From a virus (Duplodnaviria > Caudoviricetes): a stretch of DNA of 64,000 nucleotides. The DNA is taken from positions 31,488-95,487 of the IMG/VR virus record IMGVR_UViG_3300032216_001431; one strand, written 5' to 3'. The notes below the pieces were generated by a model. It ran no database searches. It saw nothing but the letters and a program-made list of their open reading frames with translations, and was not told where the DNA came from. Shown here in pieces: positions 11,301 to 19,966 of this stretch; positions within the stretch are counted from its first letter, which is position 1, and every line of letters begins with the position of its first letter. The translations under genes were made by a program, and so were the position numbers.

Positions 11301-11626
11301 CAACTCAAGGATTTTTTAGTGCATCTACAAGTTTTAGCGGTGTCTCAGATTTGACTCATCGTTCGTGGTGGTGGGCAATGCTCTCTGCCTCTAGTACTAC
11401 TCCTACTGGCACTAACAACACAACGGGTGCAGATGTTCATGCACAAGAAATGTATAGTTTTACTAATGTGCCAAAAAATGGTAAAGTTACATTAAATATC
11501 GATACTTGGGCAGGATATTTTCCCGGTCCTGCTGCTGGTGGTGTATCCTCGGCAAGCATTGGGTATCCTGTTTACACTATAGAATTTTATCCATATTCAC
11601 AATATAATGTTCAGACTTATGGTTAG
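5360..11626 (+). CDS. Giant tail fibre (2088 aa) with internal repeats and a LamG/ConA-like domain
   Basis: Repeated GxIGG and APFxVTNTG motifs; LamG-like segment (VEFWI, WHHVVY, DQVAIYNRLLTPTEI) at about 7020-7680. Confidence 0.75.
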   Translation: MTNSKDIFKLQPGATYAVKIVPKGAATGDPSTVNSFATTFTVPTTNPDGTTINAVNSTVIQQLIGGQIILGDPLVGSVPESGPYVFLSKDGIQVGSGDAITFFLSSGSGQSRLSGFNVQQTGLVVPTTFTASNVNLISNTANYSLTLKPSYTGSVSQGMYVSSSPSRIQSNTYVRSFRSASGAGGASVVVYLSSSVTSTGISNVTFRAQDASIKIGTSSANAITIQGPNAGGIFDVPAKIFTTLDGISTTASSGAGFYIDENGNFRVAGSTGAVTVDGSGNLSVSGSIVATAGNIGGLTLAADKLSASSPGSYVGVSGSGNYAFWAGSANPALAPFSVTNTGIVTASNLVITNSVTVGNLTGSWSGITPSSSMAIFAGATASTGAGARFWVTNTGSVFSTGGASFQGPIFSSGSLTGTSLAGTSTNSGSLVGGAIYVPSIGAAKFYVDSSGNMTASNAYLTGSIVSTSGSIGGWLINTGSLTSGTGASAVGLSTGNYAIYAGSAVPSNAPFSVTNTGNLYAQNANITGTISSTIGNIGGIYINSDSISAASSSIYTSQILSASPSVFLQFETNPPIDSSSNNYPTIIGGTGILYPTAGFNGTGRTLYSPTNAAYTQITNGNYAGASANVSVEFWISGSNTISYNGVVGKTANLLTNGGWGIQVGALNNDKYIYLRIDTDAAANQTGLSIPVFNDNKWHHVVYAIGSGTASAFLDGAFYPVGASGYLPFSLGASGISSTAALTIYNSISSGYKDQVAIYNRLLTPTEILNNYNAGLAARGFSIFNNGQVNINNANVSGNINATSGSIGGFSINGSTLYGGTSGSIVGLNPTSGSSVIFAGATSSAGTGATFWVSGNGNVYSTGGASFTGPIFSAASVISPIISGSIIASSGSIIGPAIFVPNTASPTFRVDSSGNMLASSASISGSITSTAGNIGGWAITSGNLTSGTSGSTVGLTTGYYAIYAGSATPATAPFSVTNTGNLTATNAIISGSISAASGTIGGFSIASSSLTATNISLTSNNGIALGTLASPAFTVNTLGQLTATNATITGAINANSGSINGILNISSSGKLIAGSLSNNFVTVSGAGITGASAGIPVFTLPTDGSPPTIGQFKIVQTGLQGLGQVNATGASTTLSSSIVLFPPTVASTLWAGMSLYGGGIVPNSVITTIAGASVYVSLSASATTNNFTASGIPNANMVVGTDLSNNITIRGQNAPGVPGAIFTTIAGNSTTNSTGNGFYLDNTGAMNVGGALIWNPSTSLLTVKGSGSFTGSVVASIGNIGGWNISSSSISSGSINLVSGAAPKIYIGSGLYSSSTTPFYVDSSGSLSIGNKLTWNGSRLLLGDQTGGAVGFQAPANPSASDIAIYAGASSLTGASAAPFRVTYDGKVYATGASISGQVIATSGQIGSNSQYWYIGNGFDNYGAIQNFPLSSSVVSVPVNAGYQDIYSDTYNQEPQSSIQIHSSGKIYIKNSNQKGVIFDVNNTNQTVWWGSGTETINDFDISQNNPTVPFFINASGTIYSRDLNSNTLETNNITTNNIISDSFQQNLNSVTGTFGVSSIISDGLGNVTYYINDNLSLKELGLLIGENLYIYNSGSTLYDITIAGTPIQLFNYYESGNTKYISIFNSNAVGTVETYTPQATCYGITDQLIVTPNVDGTFDISAKPNIQVSLDGSVPKGMQSTDIYLDLTKYGPYPSFNRFISTQAYYAVTGSAAGVPYSPISNLSSVYIDIPIDGVLKVTFDGIARNPTSGFNPQIIGYIVASIVPDVFTGSFSNNSSILYTAYDLSNTAILGTNSIIQSTALNNITTSIVSTTYGQPQIGINLIPTKNMNSSSTIFATTINNLNQGVVSNMAINSSNITGSIGYINSVTSGASVAVTTINVLSSSVLVLNYATNTDYNNVFPGMIIRDNAANFFMIKSISNSLNFLNSSVIYTPASTSFYSPSSGAAASVLNAISLTTTASSNTVTSASIYNTINMLGTASTQGFFSASTSFSGVSDLTHRSWWWAMLSASSTTPTGTNNTTGADVHAQEMYSFTNVPKNGKVTLNIDTWAGYFPGPAAGGVSSASIGYPVYTIEFYPYSQYNVQTYG
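6482..8362 (+). repeat. Diverged internal duplication of about 165 aa (about 6482-6975 and 7865-8362) flanking the LamG domain
   Basis: IFAGAT..FWV..STGGASF.GPIFS..VDSSGNM..IGGW..YAIYAGSA.P..APFSVTNTGNL occurs twice. Confidence 0.8.
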
Positions 11627-11635
11627 GAGTTAATA

Positions 11636-12682
11636 ATGCCAGATTATGTTTATATTTTTAATGGACAAAAATATACTGCAAATGCTATAAACATTAACAG
11701 TTATCAGAATATAGGTACCCTGACAACTGTAACTTTAGCAAATTTATCACAAGTTAATTACAATACATCTTTTACCCTCACCGCTACAATAAATTCAACC
11801 ACTACAGTAGCAGCAGGTGGAACTTTAACGCTTCAAAAACTTTCGGGCACATCATGGGTAACTGTTGCAACATCAACACTCTCTTTTGCGGGAGGTAGTA
11901 CGCCTTGGTCAAGTACAGCATCATTTACGGGGTTAAAACAAACTACTGTAACAACTTATAGGGTTTTATATGGTGGTGATTCTAGTTATAGAAATGCTAC
12001 TTCTAATAGCGTTACGGTAAAATGTTGGGGTTCAAAAACAACAACTAAAACTTTTTCATGTTATGCAGCCAGAAGTCATTATAATGTGGGATCAAATACC
12101 TATAGCAGCCTTATTCGATCAGGAACAGACCTGTATCAGGGGTACGAATCTTCTTATGGTAAAGAGGTTAGTCAAGTACTTTTTGATAACGGTAGCGCAG
12201 TTCCATATTACCTTAACGCAGAAGGTGGGGGAGGAAGCACTTCTACTATTTTAGGTTATTTTAATAGTTTAAGTAAGGTAACAATATCAAAAGTTGAATT
12301 ATATTTAAATTGTAAGTCTTGGTCAGTATCAAGTGGGGGCACAGCATACATTTTTCCAGATGGGTCGTACATTCTACAACCATCCGGTGGGATAGATTTT
12401 ACTTATTATTCAGGAGTTGCAACGGCTACCTCAGCCTCTTGGTCAACTGTTTCTGGTGCAAAATGGATTGATATATCTTCCTTAACTTATTACGGTTTTC
12501 CTGCTATTGGATTGTGGGACTTCAATAATGGGGGGCAACAGTCTCTTTGGAGTTTTACCAATGGCATCAATCTTGCAAGAAATAGTACTTCCAATATTTA
12601 TGCTGGGCATTTTACTGGAAATGATAATACTACTTCAGAGCCACAACTTAGATTTACTTTTACCTATTACACTTATCTTTAA
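11636..12682 (+). CDS. Putative tail tip/receptor-binding protein with an Ig-like N-terminal region
   Basis: TLTATI..LTLQK..W.TVAT..YRVLYGGD..Y..ATSNSVTV Ig-like pattern; follows the giant fibre. Confidence 0.55.
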   Translation: MPDYVYIFNGQKYTANAININSYQNIGTLTTVTLANLSQVNYNTSFTLTATINSTTTVAAGGTLTLQKLSGTSWVTVATSTLSFAGGSTPWSSTASFTGLKQTTVTTYRVLYGGDSSYRNATSNSVTVKCWGSKTTTKTFSCYAARSHYNVGSNTYSSLIRSGTDLYQGYESSYGKEVSQVLFDNGSAVPYYLNAEGGGGSTSTILGYFNSLSKVTISKVELYLNCKSWSVSSGGTAYIFPDGSYILQPSGGIDFTYYSGVATATSASWSTVSGAKWIDISSLTYYGFPAIGLWDFNNGGQQSLWSFTNGINLARNSTSNIYAGHFTGNDNTTSEPQLRFTFTYYTYL

Positions 12683-12687
12683 AATGT

Positions 12688-12696
12688 TGGTATAAT
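12688..12696 (+). promoter_or_regulatory. Extended -10 promoter TGGTATAAT
   Basis: Intergenic consensus match. Confidence 0.6.
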
Positions 12697-12720
12697 AAAA
12701 GAAAAATATGCGGAGCAATT

Positions 12721-13077
12721 GTGAAAGAAGTTAATTATAATATTATTCAAGGGGACAGTTTTCAATTAGCCCTGACTTATACCGACTCTCTTGGTTCTCC
12801 GATTAATTTAACAGGTGCCTCAGCATATTTTGAGGTTAGAGATAAGCCGGGTGGTAGTATTTTGTCTGCTACTGCTTCTGGCGCTCCCGGCATTACAGGA
12901 GATGGTATTACGTTTACTGCCTCTGCTGGTTTAATAAATTTAAACATAAATCCTTCTAAGACTAAACTTTTTAATTATCCAAAATCTGCTTATCAGTTAC
13001 AATTAACATCTTCTGGCGGGATTAAAACAACTCTCCTTCAAGGATGGTTCCTTGTTAATGCAGGGGTTATTAATTAA
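12721..13077 (+). CDS. Small virion structural protein (BppU N-terminal-like adaptor)
   Basis: IIQGDSF..PINLTG..YQLQL..LLQG.F.V pattern common in phage fibre adaptors. Confidence 0.55.
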   Translation: MKEVNYNIIQGDSFQLALTYTDSLGSPINLTGASAYFEVRDKPGGSILSATASGAPGITGDGITFTASAGLINLNINPSKTKLFNYPKSAYQLQLTSSGGIKTTLLQGWFLVNAGVIN

Positions 13078-13499
13078 TGACAAAAAACATTATAATAGAA
13101 CAGACAAGTGTTCATAATGTAGAAACAGAAAAAGTTGTCAATCAAGTTGTTATGGTTGAACATTCTAACATTCTTGCTGTTTCTGATGTTGGGGTTCAAG
13201 GTCCACCGGGTTCTACTGGTCCACAGGGTTCAACTGGGCCTCAAGGGGCAACAGGACCGCAAGGTCCAACTGGTCCACAGGGTCCGGTAGGAGATGCGAC
13301 AGCAATATTAAGTTATAGGTTTGAGCAACAAAGTTTAGCAACAACATGGAATGTCACCCATAATCTTGGATATCGTCCAGCAGTAACAGTTCAGGATTAT
13401 GGACAAAATACAATAGAAGGGGATGTGCGACACACGTCAGTTAATAGTTTAACAATAACTTTTTCAACTGGACTTTCAGGGTACGCATATCTTTCATAG
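13077..13499 (+). CDS. Collagen-repeat fibre protein
   Basis: 11 Gly-X-Y triplets at 13191-13289; C-terminal [14 protein letters not shown] domain. Confidence 0.75.
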   Translation: MTKNIIIEQTSVHNVETEKVVNQVVMVEHSNILAVSDVGVQGPPGSTGPQGSTGPQGATGPQGPTGPQGPVGDATAILSYRFEQQSLATTWNVTHNLGYRPAVTVQDYGQNTIEGDVRHTSVNSLTITFSTGLSGYAYLS

Positions 13500-13509
13500 G
13501 AGATAGTAA

Positions 13510-15657
13510 ATGGCTAAAAAGTTTCTAGTTAATATTGATTTGGGTGGGAATCAACTTTTAAATGCTTTAGCACACCCACAGTCAGGATCACCAACTGCTT
13601 ATGGAAAAGGGCAGTTATGGTTCGATACAAGTAATAATCAGTTAAATGTTTACAATGGTACAACCTTCGTACCCTTGACCACTGGTGGAACTTCTGTTAC
13701 ATCTCTTAATGGTTATACAGGTGGCGTTACCCTTTATGGCACTGCAAGTCAAGTTACAGTAACAAATACTGGTACCGGATCGATTACTTTCTCCCTACCT
13801 TCTACAGTTTCTTTAACAACTGCATGTGCAACTAATTTTTACGGTGCATTTAATGGTACTGCTACAAACTCTACCCAATTAAATAATCAAAATGCTTCAT
13901 ACTACGCTCCAATTGCTAGTCCAAACTTTACTACTGGAGCATCGGTAGCGGGTAATAGAATTATTACCATAGCGGATAAGTTTACTGCTGCAGGTGCCGC
14001 AGTGTCTTCATCAGAACTTGCTGGCGTTATGTCTGATGAGACAGGTACCGGAAACCTAGTATTTAATAATGCGCCGACGTTTGCTGGAACTGTAAATCTT
14101 GGAACATCTGTTGCTTCAGGTTCTGTAACAACAGCACTTAATTCAGCAAGTTTTGGTAGTCAGCCCATCTCGTACTTTGCCCCAATTACTAATCCTAATT
14201 TTACAACTGGTGCATCTGTCGGTGGAAATAGAATTACAACTATTGCAGATAAATTTACTGCTCTCACTGCTGCAGTATCGTCATCTGAATTAGCCGGTAT
14301 TATTTCTGATGAAACTGGTACTGGCGCACTTGTATTTAATAACTCACCATCGTTTGTTACACCAAATATTGGTACTGCTACTGGTTCTGTAACATATGCA
14401 ACAAATGCGGGGAATGCTAACACAGTAACAAATGGTGTTTACACTACTGATACTGGAACAGTCACATCAACAATGATTTTGAACGGAACCATTCTTGATA
14501 CTGATATTAATGCTGCTGCCGGGATTGCTGTAAGCAAATTATCAGCAAGTCAAGTAACTATTGGTTCAACAGCAATTGGTTTAGGAACTACTGCAAATTC
14601 AATTGTTGGTTTAACAACTGCATGTGCGACAAATTTCTATGGAGCGTTTAGCGGGAATGCTACGACAGCGACAACTGCAACTAACCTTTCTGGCGGTACA
14701 GTCAATGCTACAACAGGATCATTCTCAAGCACTCTTAATGTTACTGGCACATCAACTCTAGGAACAGCAAATACTGGTGCCTTAACAGCAACAACAGGAT
14801 CTTTTTCAAGTACTCTTAACGTCACAGGTACATCAACTTTAGGTGCAACAAATGTTGGTGCTTTAACCGCAACTAGTGGTACTATCGGTGGAAATACAAT
14901 TGCTACAAGTGCAAATAATTTAGGATTTTTTGCAACGGGCGGGAATATAAATCCTGCGACCATAACAACAACAGGCGATGTAACTATTGGTGGGACACTC
15001 TACCTTTCAGGATCTTCTACATATGTTTCAAGTAGTATTACAGTAATTCAAGATCCAATGATATACCTTGGTCATGATAATCCAACAAACATTTGGGATC
15101 TTGGTTTTGTTGCTTCATTTACTTCACCACAGTATCAACATACGGGCCTTGTCAGAGATCATAATCTTACAAACACATGGAGACTTTTTTCTGGTGCCGC
15201 TGAGCCTGCTAATGCAAGCGTAAACTTTGCCGGTGCTAGTGTTATTCACGATACACTTGCATTGGGTTCATGGCAAGTTATGTCAGGTTCAGGAACTGGA
15301 ACGGTAACCGCATCTATCACAAATGCTGGTTTCTTAACTGCCCCAAGTGCCAACTTTACGAGTGCCCTACAATTTAATGGTGCAGCAGTAGCGACTCAAG
15401 CATACGTTGCTGCTAATGCTCCTGCAAAATATACTGGAACCATTACAGGAACGGGATCTCTAAACTCATTCACCATTACTCACAACCTTGGAACAAGAAA
15501 TGTCATTGTTCAAGTTTATCAAACATCTGCTACTCCAGATACTCAGTATTCAGAAGTAGAAGTTGATATTGTGAGGACTAGCACTACAGCCGTTACCGTG
15601 AACTTTGCAAGTAATGTTGCAAATGGCGACACTTATAACGTAATTGTTCTAGGGTAA
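13510..15657 (+). CDS. Tail fibre/virion fibre protein
   Basis: Thr/Ser/Gly-rich; two SDETGTG modules; C-terminal ITHNLGTRNVIVQVY domain. Confidence 0.7.
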   Translation: MAKKFLVNIDLGGNQLLNALAHPQSGSPTAYGKGQLWFDTSNNQLNVYNGTTFVPLTTGGTSVTSLNGYTGGVTLYGTASQVTVTNTGTGSITFSLPSTVSLTTACATNFYGAFNGTATNSTQLNNQNASYYAPIASPNFTTGASVAGNRIITIADKFTAAGAAVSSSELAGVMSDETGTGNLVFNNAPTFAGTVNLGTSVASGSVTTALNSASFGSQPISYFAPITNPNFTTGASVGGNRITTIADKFTALTAAVSSSELAGIISDETGTGALVFNNSPSFVTPNIGTATGSVTYATNAGNANTVTNGVYTTDTGTVTSTMILNGTILDTDINAAAGIAVSKLSASQVTIGSTAIGLGTTANSIVGLTTACATNFYGAFSGNATTATTATNLSGGTVNATTGSFSSTLNVTGTSTLGTANTGALTATTGSFSSTLNVTGTSTLGATNVGALTATSGTIGGNTIATSANNLGFFATGGNINPATITTTGDVTIGGTLYLSGSSTYVSSSITVIQDPMIYLGHDNPTNIWDLGFVASFTSPQYQHTGLVRDHNLTNTWRLFSGAAEPANASVNFAGASVIHDTLALGSWQVMSGSGTGTVTASITNAGFLTAPSANFTSALQFNGAAVATQAYVAANAPAKYTGTITGTGSLNSFTITHNLGTRNVIVQVYQTSATPDTQYSEVEVDIVRTSTTAVTVNFASNVANGDTYNVIVLG
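14710..14871 (+). repeat. Tandem 81-nt coding repeat, 2 copies
   Basis: TTGSFSSTLNVTGTSTLG...GALTA begins at 14710 and 14791. Confidence 0.85.
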
Positions 15658-15659
15658 CA

Positions 15660-16913
15660 ATGACAAAACAGTTTAAAACTGGAATAAATGTTACTGGTGC
15701 TAGTGTTAGTGGATCAACTATAGCCACTCAAGCATGGGTACAATCACAAGGGTACGGTTCCAGTTCCGGTGGTGGTATTCCAACTAATATTGCTGCTTCT
15801 ACAGGAACCATTGCTTCTTTTACTATTTCTCCAAGTGCTATACAATTTTATGATAATTATGTTTCTTTTTATTCTGGAATAAAATCTTCTGATGAACAAT
15901 CTTCGGGTGGTGGCGGTGCTTTTCTTTATGCAGGAACGCCAGATCCTACTGATATATTTGGTGCAAATACAGCGAGCAATCTTGCAGGAACTCTATTGCA
16001 ATCTAATGGTTTCTTTTATTCAGGCAGTGCTTATTTTGATGCTCCACAAATGCAAAATGCTACAATAAGTGGTGTTTCCATTTCTGGTGGTTCTTTTCAA
16101 GGACTAGTGGAGTGTTACCCATTTGGTTTTGGTGAGCCTGTAACAAAAGATTGGCTAAACAACAGCGCCATTACTGTTTATAATTCCAATCGGCTTGGTA
16201 ATGTTCTTGCCGCTTCTTATGCACAACTTGCATCTGCTAATTTTACTGCCGCCAGTGTTGGCGGTAATAAAATTACAACTATTGCAGATAAATTTACTGC
16301 TCATACCGGAGTAGTTACATCATCAGAATTAATTAACCTCGTATCTGATGAAACTGGATCGGGGAATATTGTATTCAACACCTCCCCGTCTTTTGTGACT
16401 CCTAATATTGGTAATGCGACTGGTTCAGTCTCTTATGCAAGTAACTCAGCCTCTTTAAACAATATTGCTGGATCATCTTATGCACAATTATCTTCTGCTA
16501 ATTTTACATCAGCCAGCGTTGGGTCTAATCCAATATACACTAAGTCTACCGCACCCTATCAACCACAAACATTTTTTTACACAGGTTCTGTTGCAGTTTA
16601 TACATCTTCTTCAAGATTTTATAATGATACAGGTGGAACAAGATCAATTATTTCTGTAAGGGCAAGCGTAGGTTCAGCACCAACTGGATCTGCCATGCTT
16701 ATTGATGTGAGAAAAAATGGAACATCTGCTTCAAATACTATTTTTACAGGCAGTTCAATATCTATTCCTGCAACATCATTTACTTCTGGAGCATCTACAT
16801 CATTTAATTCTGGAAGTTCTTTGGCCCCCAATGATTATTTAACTGTTGCTATTTCTCAAGTAGGGTCAACCGCAGCAGGCTCTGATTTAACAGTACAGGT
16901 TAATTGGAGTTAA
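15660..16913 (+). CDS. Fibre protein with conserved C-terminal domain (copy 1)
   Basis: SDETG module shared with the 13510 ORF; C-terminus paralogous to the 17869 ORF. Confidence 0.7.
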   Translation: MTKQFKTGINVTGASVSGSTIATQAWVQSQGYGSSSGGGIPTNIAASTGTIASFTISPSAIQFYDNYVSFYSGIKSSDEQSSGGGGAFLYAGTPDPTDIFGANTASNLAGTLLQSNGFFYSGSAYFDAPQMQNATISGVSISGGSFQGLVECYPFGFGEPVTKDWLNNSAITVYNSNRLGNVLAASYAQLASANFTAASVGGNKITTIADKFTAHTGVVTSSELINLVSDETGSGNIVFNTSPSFVTPNIGNATGSVSYASNSASLNNIAGSSYAQLSSANFTSASVGSNPIYTKSTAPYQPQTFFYTGSVAVYTSSSRFYNDTGGTRSIISVRASVGSAPTGSAMLIDVRKNGTSASNTIFTGSSISIPATSFTSGASTSFNSGSSLAPNDYLTVAISQVGSTAAGSDLTVQVNWS

Positions 16914-16914
16914 T

Positions 16915-17661
16915 ATGGCTGTCGCAGTTAGAAGTATAAGCGGAAGTACTACAAATGCGGTAACTACTGGAACTAATTCTTTGGCTACGGCAGCGCCTTC
17001 TGGAAAATCCACTGGCGATCTTCTGGTTTTAATTGTTTCTAACAGGGGTAATAGTGGTCTTGGTGTACCGGCACTTGGCACTGGATCGGCAGGATGGAGT
17101 GCGGCATCACCTTTTTCTTCTGCATCGGTAACTGCAGGTGGCGCTAACGGTATTTCAACTAAATGGTGGTGGCGAGTTGCAGACGGAACTGCAAACGATA
17201 CTCCGACAGTAACAGGTTCTTTTACAAACGGGAATGACGGTAATATTTCTTATTCCCTACTTGCTTTGACGGGTGCTTTAAATAGTGGACCGGGTGATGT
17301 TGGAGCAGCATCCACGGCTTCATCTGGAGCGAATGTTCTTCCAACAATTACAACTACTCAGGCAGCAGATTTACAAATTGGCTGCTGGGGAAGTTATGAC
17401 AGTACGGGAAATAATCTAGCAACCTTTGGCGCAGTTCCATCGGGTTGGACTTTTTTCGGTTCGACAGCAAACGCGACGCTTGGTAATATTAATGGTGGTC
17501 AGTATGTTGCGTATAGAACAATTGCTTCTGCAAGTACGGCAGTAGGGGCTTCAGTTTCACATTCTACGGTTACTCAACAAACAATGACAACTGTAGCAAT
17601 TAAAATTGCAGTCACTTCTGTTATAACTAATAGAATTGGTTGGGGTAGGTCAATAATATGA
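16915..17661 (+). CDS. Putative fibre-tip/adhesin protein (copy 1)
   Basis: Follows fibre; GDLLVLIV and WWRVADG motifs; ends IGWGRSII. Confidence 0.55.
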   Translation: MAVAVRSISGSTTNAVTTGTNSLATAAPSGKSTGDLLVLIVSNRGNSGLGVPALGTGSAGWSAASPFSSASVTAGGANGISTKWWWRVADGTANDTPTVTGSFTNGNDGNISYSLLALTGALNSGPGDVGAASTASSGANVLPTITTTQAADLQIGCWGSYDSTGNNLATFGAVPSGWTFFGSTANATLGNINGGQYVAYRTIASASTAVGASVSHSTVTQQTMTTVAIKIAVTSVITNRIGWGRSII

Positions 17662-17665
17662 AATT

Positions 17666-17674
17666 TGGTAAAAT
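17666..17674 (+). promoter_or_regulatory. Extended -10 promoter TGGTAAAAT
   Basis: Intergenic consensus-like match. Confidence 0.5.
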
Positions 17675-17692
17675 ATTATATGGGTGTAAATA

Positions 17693-17872
17693 ATGTCGGG
17701 AATTGATGATGTAGAAGAAGTAACAATATCTCAAACTATTAATCAAATAGTTATTTCCGCAGTTGGTACTCAGGGACCGCCGGGAACATTTATTAATAAT
17801 ATTGATGGTGGTACTCCTTCATCAATATATGGAGGAAATATCATTATAGATTCAGGTGGGGTAGTTCAGTGA
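17693..17872 (+). CDS. 59-aa virion protein not in the ORF track
   Basis: MSGIDDVEEVTISQTINQIVISAVGTQGPPGTFINNIDGGTPSSIYGGNIIIDSGGVVQ; resembles the 13077 N-terminus; GTGA overlap with next gene. Confidence 0.7.
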   Translation: MSGIDDVEEVTISQTINQIVISAVGTQGPPGTFINNIDGGTPSSIYGGNIIIDSGGVVQ

Positions 17873-19278
17873 CAGTTCAAATTCAATTTAGGCGTGGTAC
17901 TGCTGCTCAGTGGACTAGTGTTAATCCATTACTCTCTGAGGGAGAAATGGGTTTAGAGTTAGATACTGGAAAGTTTAAGGTTGGTAATGGTTCTACATAT
18001 TGGAATTCTTTGCCTTATTCTTCTGGTACTACTGGCGCTACTGGACCGCAGGGTGCAACTGGTTCTCAAGGTGCGACGGGTGCAACTGGAGTGCAGGGAC
18101 CATCTGGAGCAATTTCTGTATCTTCCCCTATTGTAAATTCTGGAACATCAACTTCAGCATCTCTTTCTTTTAATGGATCTGTTGCTTCTGTAGCATATGC
18201 AACTAATTCAGGTTCTTCTACTTATTCTTCAAGTGCTGGCGCTGCCCCAATTCCCGCAAGTGTTTCCTATTCTGCATCTAGCGGATTAGCAAGTAATTCA
18301 ACAAATTTTGCGGGACAAGCACAATCATATTATGCTCCGATTAGTTCACCTAATCTTACAGGAACCCCATTAGCCCCTACTGCTGCATCTGCTACAAACA
18401 CTACACAGATCGCAACTACGGCCTTTGTTCGGGGAGAGATTACAAATCTTGTTAATTCTGCCCCAACAACTTTAGATACGTTAAATGAATTGGCGGCGGC
18501 TTTAGGAAATGATCCTAATTTTGCTACAACAACTGCTTCTACAATTGGACTTAAAGCACCTATTGCTAATCCAACTTTTACCGGAACTGTGAATCTTGGT
18601 TCTAATGTGGCAACTGGATCAGTTTCTAGTGCTTTAAATTCAGCATCTTTGGCTGGGCAGCCGGGATCATATTATTATCCTGCATCTTCAATTACCGCTG
18701 CTTCTGTAGCCTATTCTACAAATGCTGGTAATGCTACAACTTTGGGTGGACAATCTTCAGCATACTATTATCCTTCCGCTTCAATTACTACTGCATCAGT
18801 TGCTTATTCAACAAATGCCGGTAATTCAGCATCAACATCTCAAACTAATTTCAATGCTTTAACAATTTCTGGTTCAAGCGTAGCAACTCAAAATTATGTT
18901 AATAATAAGTTTTTCTATGAAACAATTCCTTTTACGGTAACAGGATCTGTGTCTACTGCTAGAGCATGGGATTACAGGTTTTATAATGATACAGGCGGGA
19001 CAAGATCAATTAATGGAGTTAGGGCAAGTTTAGGTTCCGCTCCTTCAGGATCTGCTATGAACATAGATATTAGAAAGAATGGTATTACTGGAGCAAATAG
19101 TATTTTTACAGCATCTGGATTTTCTATTCTTTCCGGTTCGATTACTTCTGGATTAATATCTTCTGGTTTTAACAGTGGATCAAGTGTGGCTTCTGGTGAT
19201 TATCTGACTGTGGCGGTAACTCAAGTTGGTTCGGCAAGTGCCGGGTCAGATTTAGTCGTTCAAGTTATGTGGAGTTAA
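17869..19278 (+). CDS. Tail fibre with Mtd N-terminal-like domain, collagen stretch and conserved C-terminal domain (copy 2)
   Basis: IQFRRGTAAQW..NP.L.EGE.G.E.DTGKFKVGNG..WNSLPY; GXY repeats; APTTLDTLNELAAALGNDPNFATT fibre motif. Confidence 0.8.
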   Translation: MTVQIQFRRGTAAQWTSVNPLLSEGEMGLELDTGKFKVGNGSTYWNSLPYSSGTTGATGPQGATGSQGATGATGVQGPSGAISVSSPIVNSGTSTSASLSFNGSVASVAYATNSGSSTYSSSAGAAPIPASVSYSASSGLASNSTNFAGQAQSYYAPISSPNLTGTPLAPTAASATNTTQIATTAFVRGEITNLVNSAPTTLDTLNELAAALGNDPNFATTTASTIGLKAPIANPTFTGTVNLGSNVATGSVSSALNSASLAGQPGSYYYPASSITAASVAYSTNAGNATTLGGQSSAYYYPSASITTASVAYSTNAGNSASTSQTNFNALTISGSSVATQNYVNNKFFYETIPFTVTGSVSTARAWDYRFYNDTGGTRSINGVRASLGSAPSGSAMNIDIRKNGITGANSIFTASGFSILSGSITSGLISSGFNSGSSVASGDYLTVAVTQVGSASAGSDLVVQVMWS

Positions 19279-19279
19279 T

Positions 19280-19915
19280 ATGGCAGTTACTTCAATTTAT
19301 TCTAAAAATAATGATTTTTATTTAGAAGCAGATAGTTTTGATGATGGTGGTGCTGGAATTTGGTTTGGCGGCTACTCTCAGCAGCCTGTTTTTTATGCAA
19401 GTGCTGGTCAGACTATCGGTTCCATGTTTACATTCAGTAGTAGAGATTTTGATACTGGGGTTGTTACTTACGTTGGCTGTCAGTATTTTGCTGAATTTGA
19501 TTTAACTGGTATTACGGGTACAGTTACATCAGCACGATTTAGAGTTGCTACCAATCAGGCTACACCTAGTTATAAATTCATTTCTAATACAACTATGTCT
19601 GGGTGGTCTTCATGGCTAACTCCACCTCAAATTGCTTCAGCGACAGTATACGCAACTCCCACATCGGTGCCATATAATACTGGTACTTATTATAATGCCA
19701 CGCCAGCATTCACAAGCGCATTACAGTCTAAACTTGGCACTTCCATTAGTGTATGTGGAGTGGGTCTTGTATGGTTTAATGCAACTTATACAGAAAGCGG
19801 CATCCCTACTTTATATACTTCAGCCGGTCCTTCTAATGTTCGTCTCTTGCTTGAAATAACTACAAGCGACGGGCCTTTAACAACTTCAGGTATTGGCTGG
19901 GGTTTTATAGTCTAG
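19280..19915 (+). CDS. Putative fibre-tip/adhesin protein (copy 2)
   Basis: Follows fibre; aromatic-rich; ends IGWGFIV. Confidence 0.55.
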   Translation: MAVTSIYSKNNDFYLEADSFDDGGAGIWFGGYSQQPVFYASAGQTIGSMFTFSSRDFDTGVVTYVGCQYFAEFDLTGITGTVTSARFRVATNQATPSYKFISNTTMSGWSSWLTPPQIASATVYATPTSVPYNTGTYYNATPAFTSALQSKLGTSISVCGVGLVWFNATYTESGIPTLYTSAGPSNVRLLLEITTSDGPLTTSGIGWGFIV

Positions 19916-19932
19916 CCTATAAATAAAAATAT

Positions 19933-19941
19933 TGTTATACT
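19933..19941 (+). promoter_or_regulatory. Extended -10 promoter TGTTATACT
   Basis: Intergenic, upstream of an AAGGA RBS. Confidence 0.55.
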
Positions 19942-19966
19942 ATACAAGACACGAAAGGAATATAAA

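Noticed and set aside
17869-19915. Diversity-generating retroelement suggested by the Mtd-like N-terminus
   Set aside because: No reverse transcriptase and no template/variable repeat pair differing only at adenines in this window
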